From Dicyema japonicum (lineage: Eukaryota > Animalia > Dicyemida), in the NCBI GenBank assembly GCA_011109175.1, contig RDEW01000031.1, forward strand, positions 655,542 to 719,541: DNA of 64,000 nucleotides. The letters run 5' to 3'. This document shows positions 1 to 12,900 of this stretch, in pieces. Within the stretch, counting starts at the first letter, position 1; each line of letters begins with the position of its first letter. The notes under the pieces were generated by a model that was given only the letters and a program-made list of their open reading frames with translations, searched no databases and was not told the origin of the DNA. Position numbers and translations under genes: made by a program.

Positions 1-26
1 TAACTCTTTTGTCAATAAATCGTTGT
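1..26 (+). mobile_element. 3' tail of an upstream LINE-A copy (cut by window edge)
   Basis: taactcttttgtcaataaatcgttgt recurs at the 3' end of the LINE at about 2958-2984. Confidence 0.75.
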
Positions 27-2990
27 CAGTCTGCATTATAATAGGCGATTTTGGGAGAACGTGGACAGCAAAGACAATTATGTCAAAGTCGGCACCTAAA
101 ATTCTTCGAAAACCGAACGATGTCTCACCCAATCTATCAGAGAAGATACACGCTGAAATATCGGAGATTATGTCGCGGTTAAACTATTTGTGCTCGATTG
201 CACATGTGGATTTGGCTTTGAAGAAGAAGGTCACCTAAATGTTTGAAGCAAGGACTAAAAATAGTGCTAGTGAATGCCCGATCCCTAGGGAAGAGGCATA
301 ATGAACTAGCACTACTTGCGAGGGTCTCCAAGATCGACATCTTGGTGGTCAATGAGACGAAATTAAAGAAAACGAAGAGTAATATAATGACTGGATACAA
401 TTCTGTGGAAGTTTTATGGAAGGCTGGAGCAGTTGCTGGTACGGGAACGTCTATTTTCTACCGGGACTGCCTCCGAATTCGTAATCCAAAAGTCGTTTGT
501 GATGTATTGTGTGAATTTGTAAGCATGGACGTTTGTTGCGACGAAGTATGGATTAGTGTTGAAGGTCTATACTCCAAGAATTTTGAGACTTGTTCTACAG
601 ATATCACTGAGTTCTACAACAAGAATCCCTATACTATCTTAATTGGGGATCTTAATTTGAAGAACACTAGTTATGGTTGTAGCAAGACAAATCAGGATGG
701 ACGACGTTTAGAATTATTGTCTGATTCATGTGGCTTTGTGATCCTTACGTGGGATGACCCAAATCATTTTTCTTATCATGGTGGCGACAAACTCGGCGTA
801 TTCCTAGTATTGCCAGCTCTATCTGTGTATGTGGGAAAGCCAAAAACTCTATGGGATATCGGGAGTGACCATATCTCACAAGAATTAGTTATTACTTTGA
901 GATCAGATGTTATGGGAGATGTCTTCTTGAGGTTCAACATATCTAACTTGGATTGGGCCCACTATAGGGTCTTCATATCCAATAATTTGTGTGTTCTACC
1001 GAGAGAGTTTTCAACCATAGATGATATGAATACTGCAAGTTGAGAAGTAACAAATCTACTGCAGTCATATCTTCATCTGTATTCACGAAGGGTTTTCTCA
1101 AAAAAATGATTATTTTGTGTCGCCAATTATTATGAGGCTTATTCGGGAGAGGAATCGCCTTAGGGCAAAGCAAAGACGTTGTGTTGACAAAATAGACGGG
1201 GAATTCATATCGGCCAGAATCAGGATGATGAAAGAAGCAATTAGCAATATATGGAAGGAGGAGACTGATCGTATATGGAGGGCTGAGGCTGCAAAAATTG
1301 ATATGAAGAATCCCTCTTTTTGGAAATGCTATCAGAAGATAATGTGTCCGAAGTCGGGTGCAGAAAAAATTATACTGGATAAACCAGACGGGGGAGTATG
1401 CATAACGGAAGAAACACCTTCGATATTCAGGGATCAGCTCCAAAAAATTCAGGGTGTGGATCCGTGGAGTTTGATCCCTGATGACAAAAAGAAGGTGTCT
1501 GCCGATATATTTAAACACTCCGACGAGGAACTACCTATTGCTGATAGCACTGTCAGCATCTTTGAAGTGATGACAGCTATCAGGGAATGCAAGGTCAATG
1601 CTCCAGGATATGACCACATATCAATGAAACTTATCAAAGAGGGTCCGGATATTTTGTTTGACTGTCTGCGATGTCTTTATGATGGGTGTTTACGACTTGG
1701 CCACTTGCCTTTAATATGGAAGAAAACTGTTGTGAGGATGATTCCAAAACCAGGAAAGCCAAAGAGAGATCCGGCAAGCTACAGACCAATTAGTTAATAT
1801 GTTCTTTCGCGAAAGTGATTGAACGTATCATTTTCAAAATGCTATGCAGACATATAAAAGAAAACGACTTTCTGATTCCAGAGCAGTAGGGTTTTCGTCA
1901 CGGAAGAGGCTGTGCAGATTGTTTCTTTCTACTGAATTCTGAAATCATGAAAGCAAAGGATTCCAAAAGACAAATAAACTTACTATGTCTTGATATCTCG
2001 AAAGCATTCGACAGTGTATGCCATGAAGCGTTGTTAAGGCAGCTTGTATCAGCATGTGTTCCAAGATACCTATTTGTTTGGCTAAGAAATTATCTTCAGG
2101 AAAGACAATCTTTTGTGAAGGTGTGTGGATATATATCTGATGCAATATCATTCAAAAGAGGAGTGCCTCAAGGTTCAGTATTGAGCCCTATTTTGTTTTA
2201 TATATTTATGACGAGTTTTCCACGTCCGAGGAATATTCATACTAGTCTTCTTAGTTATGCGGATGACGTAATCGTGGTGGACACATTTCTAAAATCTTCT
2301 ATATCTGAAGGAAGAATCCCGGAGTATGTCGACCAGATTGAGCATTGGTGCAACTTGAGAGGGCTAAAGCTCTCTGCTGAAAAATCTTGCGCACTCCGAA
2401 TAAGCAGTTTGAAAAAGCACCTGAAACAAGAATACAAACTGGGAGTAAACAATTCACACAGTCTGCGCTACCTGGATGTCGACTATGGACACGCAGGAGA
2501 TAACATATACGACATAAAGGGGAGGAGAAAGAGAGCCTTTCAGTCGCTTCTATGTACACGGAAGTTACACGTTAGCCGTGACACTTACCTGTTTATCTTC
2601 AAAGGAGTTATTATCCCTAGCCTACTTTATGGGTGCGAGGGGTGGTTCTTCTCTCCGAAGAAGGACAAGATCTTATCCCTCCTAGAGAAGACTAGAAGAG
2701 CTGCAATTAAGCTCTCCTTAAACAAGAAACTGAAAGACTGTCTAAGCGAGGACGAAAACAAGCTCTTAGAACCGATTAGCAAGATTGTGGAGGATCGGAT
2801 CAATGGTTTCAGGAGGAGATCAAAGATCCAGGACACGTATATAAAGCTGGGAGAAACGTCCTGAAAAATATTAATAATAAAAAAAGGAGGAAGGGTCCAG
2901 GTGTGGAGTCCAAGCCTTATGGTAGGGCTCAGATGTAATACCCTCCAGAAAACTCCTTAACTCTTTTGTCAATAAATCGTTGTTGTTGTT
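27..2990 (+). mobile_element. LINE-A: APE-type non-LTR retrotransposon (Jockey/I-like), near full length, mutated
   Basis: APE endonuclease at 243-1043 (NARS, NETKL, IGDLN, SDH). RT at 1117-2864 (PGYD, YRPIS, LDISKAFDSV, PQGSVLSP, YADD). In-frame TGA at 1041, frameshift near 1795 and TAG in EQ*GFR. 3' UTR ends aataaa(ttg)n-poly(A). Confidence 0.93.
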
Positions 2991-3000
2991 AAAAAAAAAA

Positions 3001-4398
3001 GTCGGCATTATGGTCGACAGAAGGAGACTGGCTGGAATACGACATATAATAAGAAACCTTCTAAAAAAGAAACAGTAGAAGCTTCAACACAGACAAGCAG
3101 TCTTGATGAGAGTGACCAGGCGGAAGCACCTGTTAGAAAAGTGACTTTTGGAGTTTCTACACAGACTGTCGAGACACACTCAAACATCTGAAAATGAAGA
3201 AGTAGTAGCTTCCAACTCGATTCTTGACAAGTTGGAAAGAAGCATTAAAGATATGACTAGAACAAAAAAGGATTCTAAATTTGTACTAGATTTGGTGGCG
3301 CTCTTAAGAAAAGAGGGCAGCCACCAAAAAAACCAGTAGTCAGGATAACCCTGATTAATGCTCGTTCTCTTCGGAAACGGGCCTCAGTGCTGGTTGCTCT
3401 AGCCAGCACGATCCAGATGGATGTTCTAATTATAAACGAAACTAAATTGAAGAAAAGACCATTTAAAATTGATGGATACGACTCATTAGATATTTTTTGG
3501 AAGACTGGTTCTTGTGCTGGAACAGGAACTTCAATTTACTACAAAACTCCTTTAAATACAAGACTACCTACGATCAATGAAGAAAATTTTGTGAACTAGC
3601 AAGCATTCAACTACAAACAACCATGGGATAAATAACTATCGGAGGAATCTATTCTAAAAAACTACAACTGTATAATGAGCGAGGTGCCAAAACCGGAACA
3701 CATCAATACCAAAATGATAATTTATGCAGACGACCTTCTAATTTTGGACACTAGTATGAATAAATTAATATCATGGAAAAGAACAGTAGCTCATATGTCG
3801 AAAATCGAAGATTGGTGTCTGAATAATGGATTGACATTATAAAGAAAAAAAGTTCTGTAACCTGGATACCGAGAAATAGGAGGAATCAATATGTTGATAC
3901 AAGGAATGTTAAATTCTCGGAAAACCTGATATACCTTGGAGTATGCATTAAAATTACAGATTCCTAAAGTAAACTCAATGCGCTACCTCGGGATAATAAT
4001 CGATGGGAATGGTTCCTTCATGGAGGACATAAGACGAAGAAAGAAGAAGGCGCTTCAAGCACTCTTATGTACGAGAAAGTTGTTTGTAAGCCTGGAAACC
4101 TTCTTGTTCATCTTCATGAGGATCATCCTACCGGAACTGCTAAATGAATGCGAAGCATAGTTTTTTTCTTGACAAAGAGAAGGAATAATGTTTCTCATGG
4201 AAAAAACCAGAAGGTCGGCAATAAAGTTGGCTTAGGGGAAAAGGCTCTGGGATGCTCTCAGTACTGAAGAAGACATGATTCTACATTCTGTTAAAAACAT
4301 TGTAGAGAAAAGAATCAATGGGATCCAACGATAGAAGATAACTAAATGGAGTGTGGATACATCGGAAGTGTCCAGGCCGCATAGGCGGTATATCGGGC
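3001..4398 (+). mobile_element. LINE-A2: related LINE, internally deleted (APE N-terminus joined to RT C-terminus)
   Basis: RITLINARSL..IINETKLK followed directly by MIIYADDLL, then RRRKKKALQALLCTRKL, which matches the LINE-A C-terminus. Multiple stops. 3' end interrupted at 4399. Confidence 0.85.
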
Positions 4399-5055
4399 TT
4401 GAAAATGAATTAAACAACAGGTTATGAAATAATTATCTATCAGTCTGCCGGTTGGCCTGGACTGTTCATCCGGGTACCCCTTTTCCTTGCTAACCATCCA
4501 TTTGCTGGTCTAGGCACATACACATCCTAATTTCATCTTCAGAACGTTGTAGGTACAAAGCCAGTAAGCCTATCTTTAGTTAGTTCTCCCTTTGTAGGTC
4601 CTTTCCCAAGAATGTTCTTCCAAAGTGGTCCCAAGCCGTCCTGTAGGGACCGATGATGTGGTTGACAAAGTCCCGTGTAGATTTCAATTCGAATGTAAGG
4701 AACAATTGGTGTGAGTACCCCTCTGTAGGTCCCAACTCTAGTATGTACTTCCACAGTAGTCCCAGGTCCCGTAGGGATCAATAGTCTGGGAACAAAGTCC
4801 CGTGTAGACCCGGATACGAATGTAGGGATCATTTGATGTGGGTACTAGGTCCAACTTGGAATATATCCGGAGATTTTGACTCTTTGACTACTGCGTCCCC
4901 CAAAAGGTTCCTTCATCTTGTAGAATAATTTCATTCGACTTGTAATACGTTTCTTCGCCTTGAGGAGATTCCCTTGCAGTGCAATAGGTTCCTTCGTCTT
5001 GTAGTATGGATCCTCGCCTTGAAACTCTTTCGACTTGAGATAATAAATTAGCACC
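4399..5055 (-). mobile_element. Element E, copy 1: repeat carrying the LINE-B 3' tail without RT/APE
   Basis: 4399-4680 matches 11140-11410 in inverted orientation. 4399-4530 matches the LINE-B 3' end at 53631-53765. Internal imperfect tandem duplication at about 4540-4835. Confidence 0.7.
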
Positions 5056-5161
5056 AGTTTATTATTTTTTACTTAATATATTAACAAATTTTCTTAAATT
5101 TTTAATATTAACAATTTTCTTAATAATCAAATTTATTTAAAAACACAAAATTTGTTCAGGA

Positions 5162-5937
5162 ATGATTTTTATGATTTTGTCAATTTTGTTCTTTAAGATT
5201 CTCAATGATTCAGAAAATATAACCGAAATTGCATTGTAAGTATAATTTCAGTAATTCAAGGGATAAATTCAATTCAATGGATAAAAATAAAAACGGTAAA
5301 GTTGGAAAAAATGAATTCGTATATTACACAAAAGAAATGGCTTTCAACCGAATCTTGGAAAAAAACAGAAAACTATTCACAGAGAACAACATCACAGGCA
5401 TGAACATTTCTCAATTGACGACTATTTTGAAAATTGAGATCCCTGAAAATATATTTGAGACTCATGACTTGAACAAAGATGGAGTTATCTCTCCGGAAGA
5501 ATTGGTTTCTATATTGGATCCAGAAATCGATATAAATTACCAAATAATAAACGCCATGGTAATAATGTGCGGTTAATGTCCTTTTAGAATTTTTTTATGG
5601 AGTTTTACGACAAAAATAATGACGGGATCCTCGATTTGGAGGAGTCAATTGGTTCTCGTTAAACTTAGTTTAGCGTGCAAACATTTGAATTTATATGCGT
5701 ATGACACGGATGGAGACAACGTGCTTACAACAGAAGAATTAAAGCCTTTTGTGATTCAAAAATATGTAGACAATCGTCAAATAGACAGAATATTCAACCA
5801 AATTGATTTGGATAAAGTTGGTGAATATATATTCATGTTAGAATAATTATATCTCCTTCGGTGAATACGTAGAAATGTTCAAAAAAGACCGAACATCAGA
5901 ATCCTATGAAAATTTAGAATTAGACGAAGAATTATAA
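5162..5937 (+). CDS. Multi-EF-hand Ca2+-binding protein with signal peptide and C-terminal DEEL (CREC/calumenin-like)
   Basis: Four introns of 25, 29, 22 and 25 nt (first 5236-5260) join the exons into one frame. Hydrophobic N-terminus MIFMILSILFF. EF loops DKNKNGKVGKNE, DLNKDGVISPEE, DKNNDGILDLEE, DTDGDNVLTTEE and DLDKNNYISFGE. Ends LELDEEL*. Confidence 0.85.
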
Positions 5938-6688
5938 TTCCAGTTTGTGATTATTTGGTTTTGATGATTCAATCCTCTTTATTTTTATCCATGAATTAAT
6001 ACCAATTTGAAGCCACAATCAATTCTTCGAAATAGTTAAAGACTTGAATTGAATCCGACTCAATTATTAACCTTTGAGCGAGATCAACGTTGGTAGGTTT
6101 TTAGTTTCCCAGGGTGAGTTTTTTCTCAAATACTAAGCTCAGACTCTCAAACAATGTCCATCTTCCAAATATTGATATTGTTGTCCTGTGTGATCACCAC
6201 ATATTCATGTTCCATTCGTTTGCTTTCAATGGTTCTCTTGATCACTAGAGTAGGTTATATTCACTTTAGCATCATGAACTAACTCACTTATCCGCAGATT
6301 ATCTTAATGTTCTCTACTTATTAGTTTTGATGACAATCCCAATTGCTATTAATGATATTTTTAATCGTTTTATCAAACACAAAGACTTATTATTGAATGA
6401 CCAGATATTCACAATAAAAATCCATAATAAAAGTATGAAATTTTTAATAATAAACATTATGCTCAAACTGAGGAGAGAGGTGCAAAAATATAGAAGAACT
6501 AAGGCGTTTTATGTGGATCATTGTGTTCACAGAACTCACTCCTATTCAATACTGGAGACTGGAAAGCAAGAACGTGAAAAGCATATGATGGAGAACTTTT
6601 TATTGATTTAATGGAGAAAACAGAAGAAACCTTTCTGATGAATTCATGGTGTAATTTTGCAACATGAACCATTTATGTGCATTTAAAC

Positions 6689-7830
6689 CAGGGTTGTTAA
6701 AAATCATGATTTTTATGAAAAAATCGAAAAAATCTGATTTTTTGATTTAAACAGGATTTTTTGATTTAAATCAGATTTTTTTGAATTAAATGATTTTTAT
6801 TCTGAAACAAAGTAAAATAAAAATAAAAAAAATGGAAATCGTATTTATTTAAAAGATTGTAAACAGATTTTTCAATTTCCAGCCTATTTTGTACAGTTGA
6901 ATGTAAGAATCCAAAAGTCGAAAAAAATTGTTCTATTCCACCTGTGGAAGCAAATGCTCCAAGAATTTTTTGCAGTGTGAAATTACTTCAGAAGGTGGTA
7001 AGAGTTCGACTCCCACCAAGCTATAGGTGATACTTTGCTCAATAAATTCGGAGTGAACATGTATAGTTTGAATGGATTAGCTTTTGCTCTGAAATTAATC
7101 AGAGTCGAAATAGCATATTCATAATGTTCAGCACAATACTCCAAGGCCAGGTCAATCTCAGCTGTTGAAAGAAATCTCCCACAACGTGTTAGGTCCATTG
7201 AATTCGCAAGTAGGTGGAATAGTGTTAATGCTTGATCTGCTCGAGTTTTCACTTTTTCTAAAATGTAGCTATACCCAGAGGTGTCCACAGTGTCAATTAG
7301 ATAGCTCTCTCCATCCGATGTTACAACTGACACACAAATAACAAGTTCATTATGAATGTTGCTCCACCCGTCCAACATCACAAACACTGTCCTGTCCTGG
7401 AATCTTTGACGAAAGTCTTCATGTATTTGGTCGTACACACGATCGAGCAATGGACAACCAATTTGATGACGAGAAGGTCAACGATACCCAGGAAGAAGTA
7501 TTTGGACGAATTTGACAAATTCCGGATGTTCTACAGCAGCAAAAGGAGTGTTACTGGAATATATGTATCTAGCGAGTTGCATATCAATTAAATTTTTCTT
7601 TGATGACGTCGTCGTAGTAACGAAATTGATTAAAGACTGGTCCCTCATCCTTGGGAGGAATTCGCTGATCAAATCACTTTCTGGTTTCGACGGATTTTCA
7701 GAGATATCAATATTAGTTCGACATAACAAATGATGCTGCCTCATCCGAGATACGAGACCTTGTATCTCCTTCCCGTAATTACGGCATCTGGCTCGACTCC
7801 CGGTCTTTCCAGGAATAATACGTTGGTAAA
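6689..7830 (-). mobile_element. hAT DNA transposon remnant (BED finger, DUF659-like core, hATC dimerisation domain)
   Basis: BED-like ARCRNYGKEIQGLVSRMRQH..C. Core PFAAVEHPEF and LDGWSNIHNE. hATC-like FASTGGIE..FSTFGFLHSTVQNRL. Terminal cagggttgttaaaaatcatgatttt at 6689 with gatttaaa subterminal repeats. Internal deletion and frameshifts; other end not found. Confidence 0.85.
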
Positions 7831-8621
7831 GTCCAAGGAGATTACTTGTTGATTCAATTTATTATAGCTGTGAGCTACACAGATTACATAATAGTTGTTG
7901 TTTGTTTCTGTATGAAGGGTTTATGGTATTTCTATATAAAGACCACACACATATGATAGATTAGAATTGGAGAACGAAACAATCAAATATTCAAATTCAG
8001 TTTTGCCAAGTACATCAAACCATTGAAAAATGACCACAATCAAGAAATCAGTCACCACAGTCAAAAAAGTCGCAAGAAAAGTCATCAGGACTATTCATAT
8101 AACGATATTTTACATTGAGATACTTTCTCATACAGAAGAAAGTATTAAGTAGGAAGCTCGAAAAACCCAAATTAATAAAAGTAACTGAAAATCCATAATC
8201 GAGTACTTACGAGAATTAGGATCACAAAGAATATCCAAAAGGAAATAATCTGATGAACGAAAATGAAAAATATAATCGGAATGAAAATTTTAAAGGAACC
8301 AACTGAATAAAAGCAGAGCACTTCATGATATTTTGACCCCAAGCAAAAAGGGGAACCAATTATGAACAAGAAGGTGACCCTCGTGTCGGAAAATTTCAAA
8401 CGATTAATATATACACAAAACCTATTCCAGGATAGAGGTAGTTTAGTTGTCAGTAGCGACTATGGATTTTTTTCAAATTCTTTGACTGTTTTATACTACA
8501 AATATGGTGGAAAATGACTACTTTTATAAAAATGGATTGTACACATTGAATAGTACTTAGTGGTAATGCAGTCATTACAAGTACGTAAAACAATAATGGA
8601 ATATATTTGTTAATATAAAAA

Positions 8622-10486
8622 TTATAATTGTCCCAGACGTGCGGATAACTGCTTATTCTGATTATGAATAACCTTCATATCATTCATAATATTTTCAATC
8701 TTACTGGCAGTATTCTTTATCTCTAATTGGACAATCTATGCTCAGTCAAGTTACACCTTATCGTCAATGGTATTCAACGAATCCGTAACTTCTTTCCGTT
8801 TTTGAGTGATCTCTCTCGAACGTTCACACAACTACGCTCTCCCTAAACAAAACCTCGTGGATTTCCACTATCCGCTCGTTCGCCTGTGGAATTATTTTAT
8901 TCAGTCGCCGTGGATCCTTATCAAAGAGTTCAACCAACTCGTCAAAAGTCCTCTCCGTGGTTCCTTTGACCAAAAAGATATGATCCTCTTGTTCTTTACA
9001 AACGCCTGAGAGCTAAATATTATACGACAGCCACTATTGAATATTCTTGTCTTTGATCATTCAGACATTTTTGGGTGTAAAATATCTTGTCAATATACAC
9101 GTGCCTTATGGGAGTTGAGATTGATTGATTAAGCTACCGAATTAGTTTTTATATACCATAGATTGGTGCCTTGCTTGGGTTTCGTTTTTGGCCTTGGTTA
9201 ATCGTTCAATCTCTGTCTTAAGCTGCACCAAGGACTCGGTTTCTTCTTTCTAAGACTAGTGACAACCGGAAAACCAGTAGTTCGGAGGCTTTTATGGTAT
9301 CCTCTGTCAACACTTCCAAATGAAGGGACCACTCCATCTCCATGTTCTCCAATCGGATTCTTCTCTTCTTCACAACCGCCTGAAAATAGCCTCACGTAAT
9401 ACATTCCAGTTTTCCAGTTCCTTTGTGTCCAAATCTATAGTAGAGATAGCTTCTAATGTGCCAGTACACGTGGCATATTCTGTCTTAACCTTTTCAAGCT
9501 CATTAATGAAATCTTTTTTAGTCATTTCTAGCAGTTCTGTGGCTTTTTTAAGGTCAGTTAACTCTATGGATCTTATTTCAAGGATCTCCTCCAATTCCTC
9601 AAGAGATTCAAACTCTTCTTCCACAGGGAACTCTACTTTCTGGTTATTTTCTACTAATTCCGAAATTTCAGTAGCATAATTGTCTTCAGATGTCACAGAA
9701 ACAAAATTCGCTTTCCCAGTAATCATTTCAGCACGTGATAATGCTTCCTGATCTTCTTCAACATTTATATCAATTTGGGGTAGTTTTGAGTTGAGGACAT
9801 CATTGAAGATTGAGGTTTCCTCGAGTCTTGGTAGCCGACTCCTAGTAAAGTTGGCGAGTAGAGAACAGACAGCACCATCAAACCTTGAAGTACACAAAAT
9901 GGGTCTAAGTTCACTTAATCCTCCCAAAATGAATGAACAGGAATGTCCCTCACTAAAGGATTGAAAATCCTTTATTTTTTAACCAAGCAAAACCATAATG
10001 AGTTGTCTTGGAACGAAACTGAGGAGAGATTGTTCACGAAGAGCATCTTTGACTTGTCCCATAAAACAGGTGAGTCCTTAAAGTATATTTTTGGTACCTA
10101 CGAGTAGTGGGAACTGAGACGGGGGACTTAGTCCTCTGTATTTTCTGGAGAAGAAAAAGGAGGACGTTTCTTAGATGGAGAGTGTTGCCATAAAGGAATG
10201 TCTCGAATCCTAAATCCCCTCTAAAACCCAAATCCTATGATAAATCTTGGTATAAACCTTAATGGTATCAACCAGTCGACTAGCCTGTTGATATCGAATT
10301 TCTAAAGAGTGGCTAAGCTCGTCCTGAGGAGTACGTTGAATGAGGGAGATTATAAAGTTGGTAACTTTAAAGCCTTCCTCTACTGACAAGTCAGTGATTG
10401 TATTGTCAATTGGACTTGTATTAATGGAAGTATTACCAGCCATATTCTTGCAATGTGATATTTATTGAGTGGTCGACGTTTTGCAT
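8622..10486 (-). CDS. CCDC22: Coiled-coil domain-containing protein 22 (CCC/Commander complex)
   Basis: Ten introns of 21-25 nt give a continuous frame. N-terminal LGFRGDLGFETFLYGNTLHLRNVLLFL matches the CCDC22 NN-CH motif. C-terminal R..YIDKI...Q..E...GTTERTF...EL..KD matches the CCDC22 C-terminal coiled coil. Confidence 0.88.
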
Positions 10487-10599
10487 TAATTACAGAGAAA
10501 TTAAATTTTAAATACTAATTATTTATTTATTGTTTTTTTTTCAACTTAAATATTTAATACTATAAGAGTTTTAAAGACTTTTACTTTATTCTCATCTTA

Positions 10600-10824
10600 C
10601 AAAACATAAAACAAATTATAATGTTATACGACACTTTTATCAAACAAATCCTCCTATACGACTCTGGGACCTGGTCACCTCAAAAAAAAATTGGAAAAAC
10701 TAGACTCGTTTCACTAAGAAACATAACTGAAATGTCCTGGCCATCCAAGATCTCGCGGAAAGGACTGTACAATAAGTGTGACTGTACATCATTAGCTCTC
10801 GTTGGAGACTTTTTGGACACGTCT
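10600..10824 (+). mobile_element. Degenerate RTE 3' fragment
   Basis: LYDTFIKQILLYDSGTW..SWPSKIS resembles RLYNAFVKPVLVYNAATW..INWPKK of the RTE at about 34500. Confidence 0.6.
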
Positions 10825-11410
10825 TGAAGTTGGACCCGATATCCCCTCCCGAATATCGCAATGGAAGATTACTACTCATCCAATTCAAAACGCTTTCGTG
10901 GAAAACGAGAACAATCCTCCCGGTCGTTTTACAAAACGATCTGAAAGCCGTGAAGAAAATATTGGTACGGGACTTTGTTAACCACATCATCAATCCCTAC
11001 AGGACGGCTTGGGACCACTGTGGAAGAACATACTGGGGAAANTTACTACTCATCCAATTCAAAACGCTTTCGTGGAAAACGAGAACAATCCTCCCGGTCG
11101 TTTTACAAAACGATCTGAAAGCCGTGAAGAAAATATTGGTACGGGACTTTGTTAACCACATCATCAGTCCCTACAGGACGGCTTGGGACCACTGTGGAAG
11201 AACATACTGGGGAAAAGACATACAAAGGGAGAACTAACTGGAGATGGGCTTACTGGCTTTGTACCTACGATGTTCTAGAGATAAATTAAAATGTGTAACT
11301 ACCTAGACCAGCAAATGGATAGTTAGCAAGGAAAAGGGGTACCCGGATGAACATTCCAGGCCAACCGGCAGAATGATAGATACCTATTCTGTTGTTTAAC
11401 TCATTTTCAA
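10825..11410 (+). mobile_element. Element E, copy 2 (includes an n-joined duplication, probably assembly)
   Basis: Homologous to 4399-4680. Ends at tcattttcaa (11401-11410), exactly as copy 1 and LINE-B do. Confidence 0.7.
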
Positions 11411-11469
11411 GTATCTAGAATCAAGATTATCTGTAAATCAAGTGCTTTCTATTTCAAAAATGGACAAAC

Positions 11470-11750
11470 AACATATATACATAAGTGTCCTTCCATATCT
11501 GTTGAGAGAAGTTTTTCTTTATTGGGAAAATTATTATCTAGACAGAAATTTTAAACCCGAAAACATTTATTATGTATTTTAATAAGATTTTGATTAGTTT
11601 TTTTTTATATTAAAAATTTTTTTTTGTAAATAAATTTTTCATAAAGTCAAAAAAGGTCAAAATTTTGAAATTTTAAGGTCAATAAAGTCAATTTTAGGTC
11701 AAAATTTCCGATATATGAAGTCAAAAAAAATCGCCATAGTGATTTGCAAT
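11470..11750 (+). mobile_element. hAT C-terminal remnant with subterminal repeats
   Basis: PSISVERSFSLLGKLL hATC motif, followed by repeated aa(a/g)gtcaa motifs. Confidence 0.6.
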
Positions 11751-12129
11751 AAAATAAAGTCAAAATCCCGTTTCATACCAAATTGAGTACCTCAAGGATC
11801 CCAACTATCTTCAACCTTTTTCAACTTGTACATCAATGACATTCCGAAACCGCACTACGAAAATTGTCTTTTACTATCATACGCGAACGATATAATTATT
11901 GCTGCAAAAGACAAAAAGTATCAAACTGCTATCACGATGGCCCAGAACATGCTAACAATTTAATTTCTTGGCTCAAGAAATTCCGTCTTGAAGCTTCCCC
12001 TACCTTATTTACAACGTTCAAGAAGTACTATTCATTGAAACCTAACATTTCTCTCAATAATTGTGTGTTAGAGGATAGAAAAAGCATCGGCCTGTGTAAT
12101 GAAGTGTTGAGGTAATATTTGATGGGTTT

Positions 12130-12900
12130 ATAAGCAAACAAAAACAAGATTAAACTAGAGCAACATACTCAAAGTCATGAATGAGCACGTGTTATAATTG
12201 TATAATTGCTAAATTGGGCTTATTAATACGAATTTGAGCTGATTAACCAAAACATAGAATATTTTTATACAGAATCGGATTCATTTGAAACGAGGAAAGA
12301 CTGCCAAGAGATGAGCTTTGATGATGATTGGTATCCATTATCCATAAAAGTAAAGGATGCTTTACAATTCTTCCGAGATCTGGAGAAGTCGTATTATTGT
12401 TTGAGGAATAAAATCAAAGAAAACACATTTGGTCACACTCGTAGAATTCCTCAATTGAAGGTATAAAGAACCCGTATTATGCATCCCAACTTACTAAAAG
12501 TGCTCCTGGAAAAATCTTTTGGATACAAAATAGCAACAGACATGAAGGTAAAATTAAAAAACCGAACATTTTTGTGTTCGATAAAATGAAAAATAAAATA
12601 AATCTAATAGAAGTATGAATTACATCCCAACAATAGCATGTCCAAGTCGAGAAGGAACACAAGTATTATCTCTTAGCAAACAAACTCTGATTAATACACA
12701 AAGTAAAAGAGTATATAGTGATGTGGTTTTGACTTGGATGGGATTATCAGAAAGTACCACAAACAGCATTTAGAATCCTTGAATGTCCTTTGAAAGCCTA
12801 TATACAGACAGTCACGATTAAGAAGACAACAGAGAATATTCTTAATGGATGTAGAGATGAAATGGAAAATGTGTACAACGGTGAGAAGGAGGCTAAGAGT
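12130..12900 (+). mobile_element. Degenerate R4/Dong-like RLE retrotransposon 3' remnant
   Basis: KPNIFVFDK..NLIEV*ITSQ..VEKEHKY and WDGIIRKYH..AYIQTVTIKKT match the RLE region of the copy at 43100-45790. Confidence 0.7.

Noticed and set aside
4640-4835. Kringle-like DPYGTWDYC peptide and CRISPR-like short repeats in element E
   Set aside because: No other kringle cysteines are present, and the repeats are a degenerate two-unit duplication, not a repeat-spacer array.
10869-11215. Tandem duplicate of about 174 bp giving a repeated-peptide ORF
   Set aside because: The copies are joined by an n and differ by one base; typical contig-overlap artefact.
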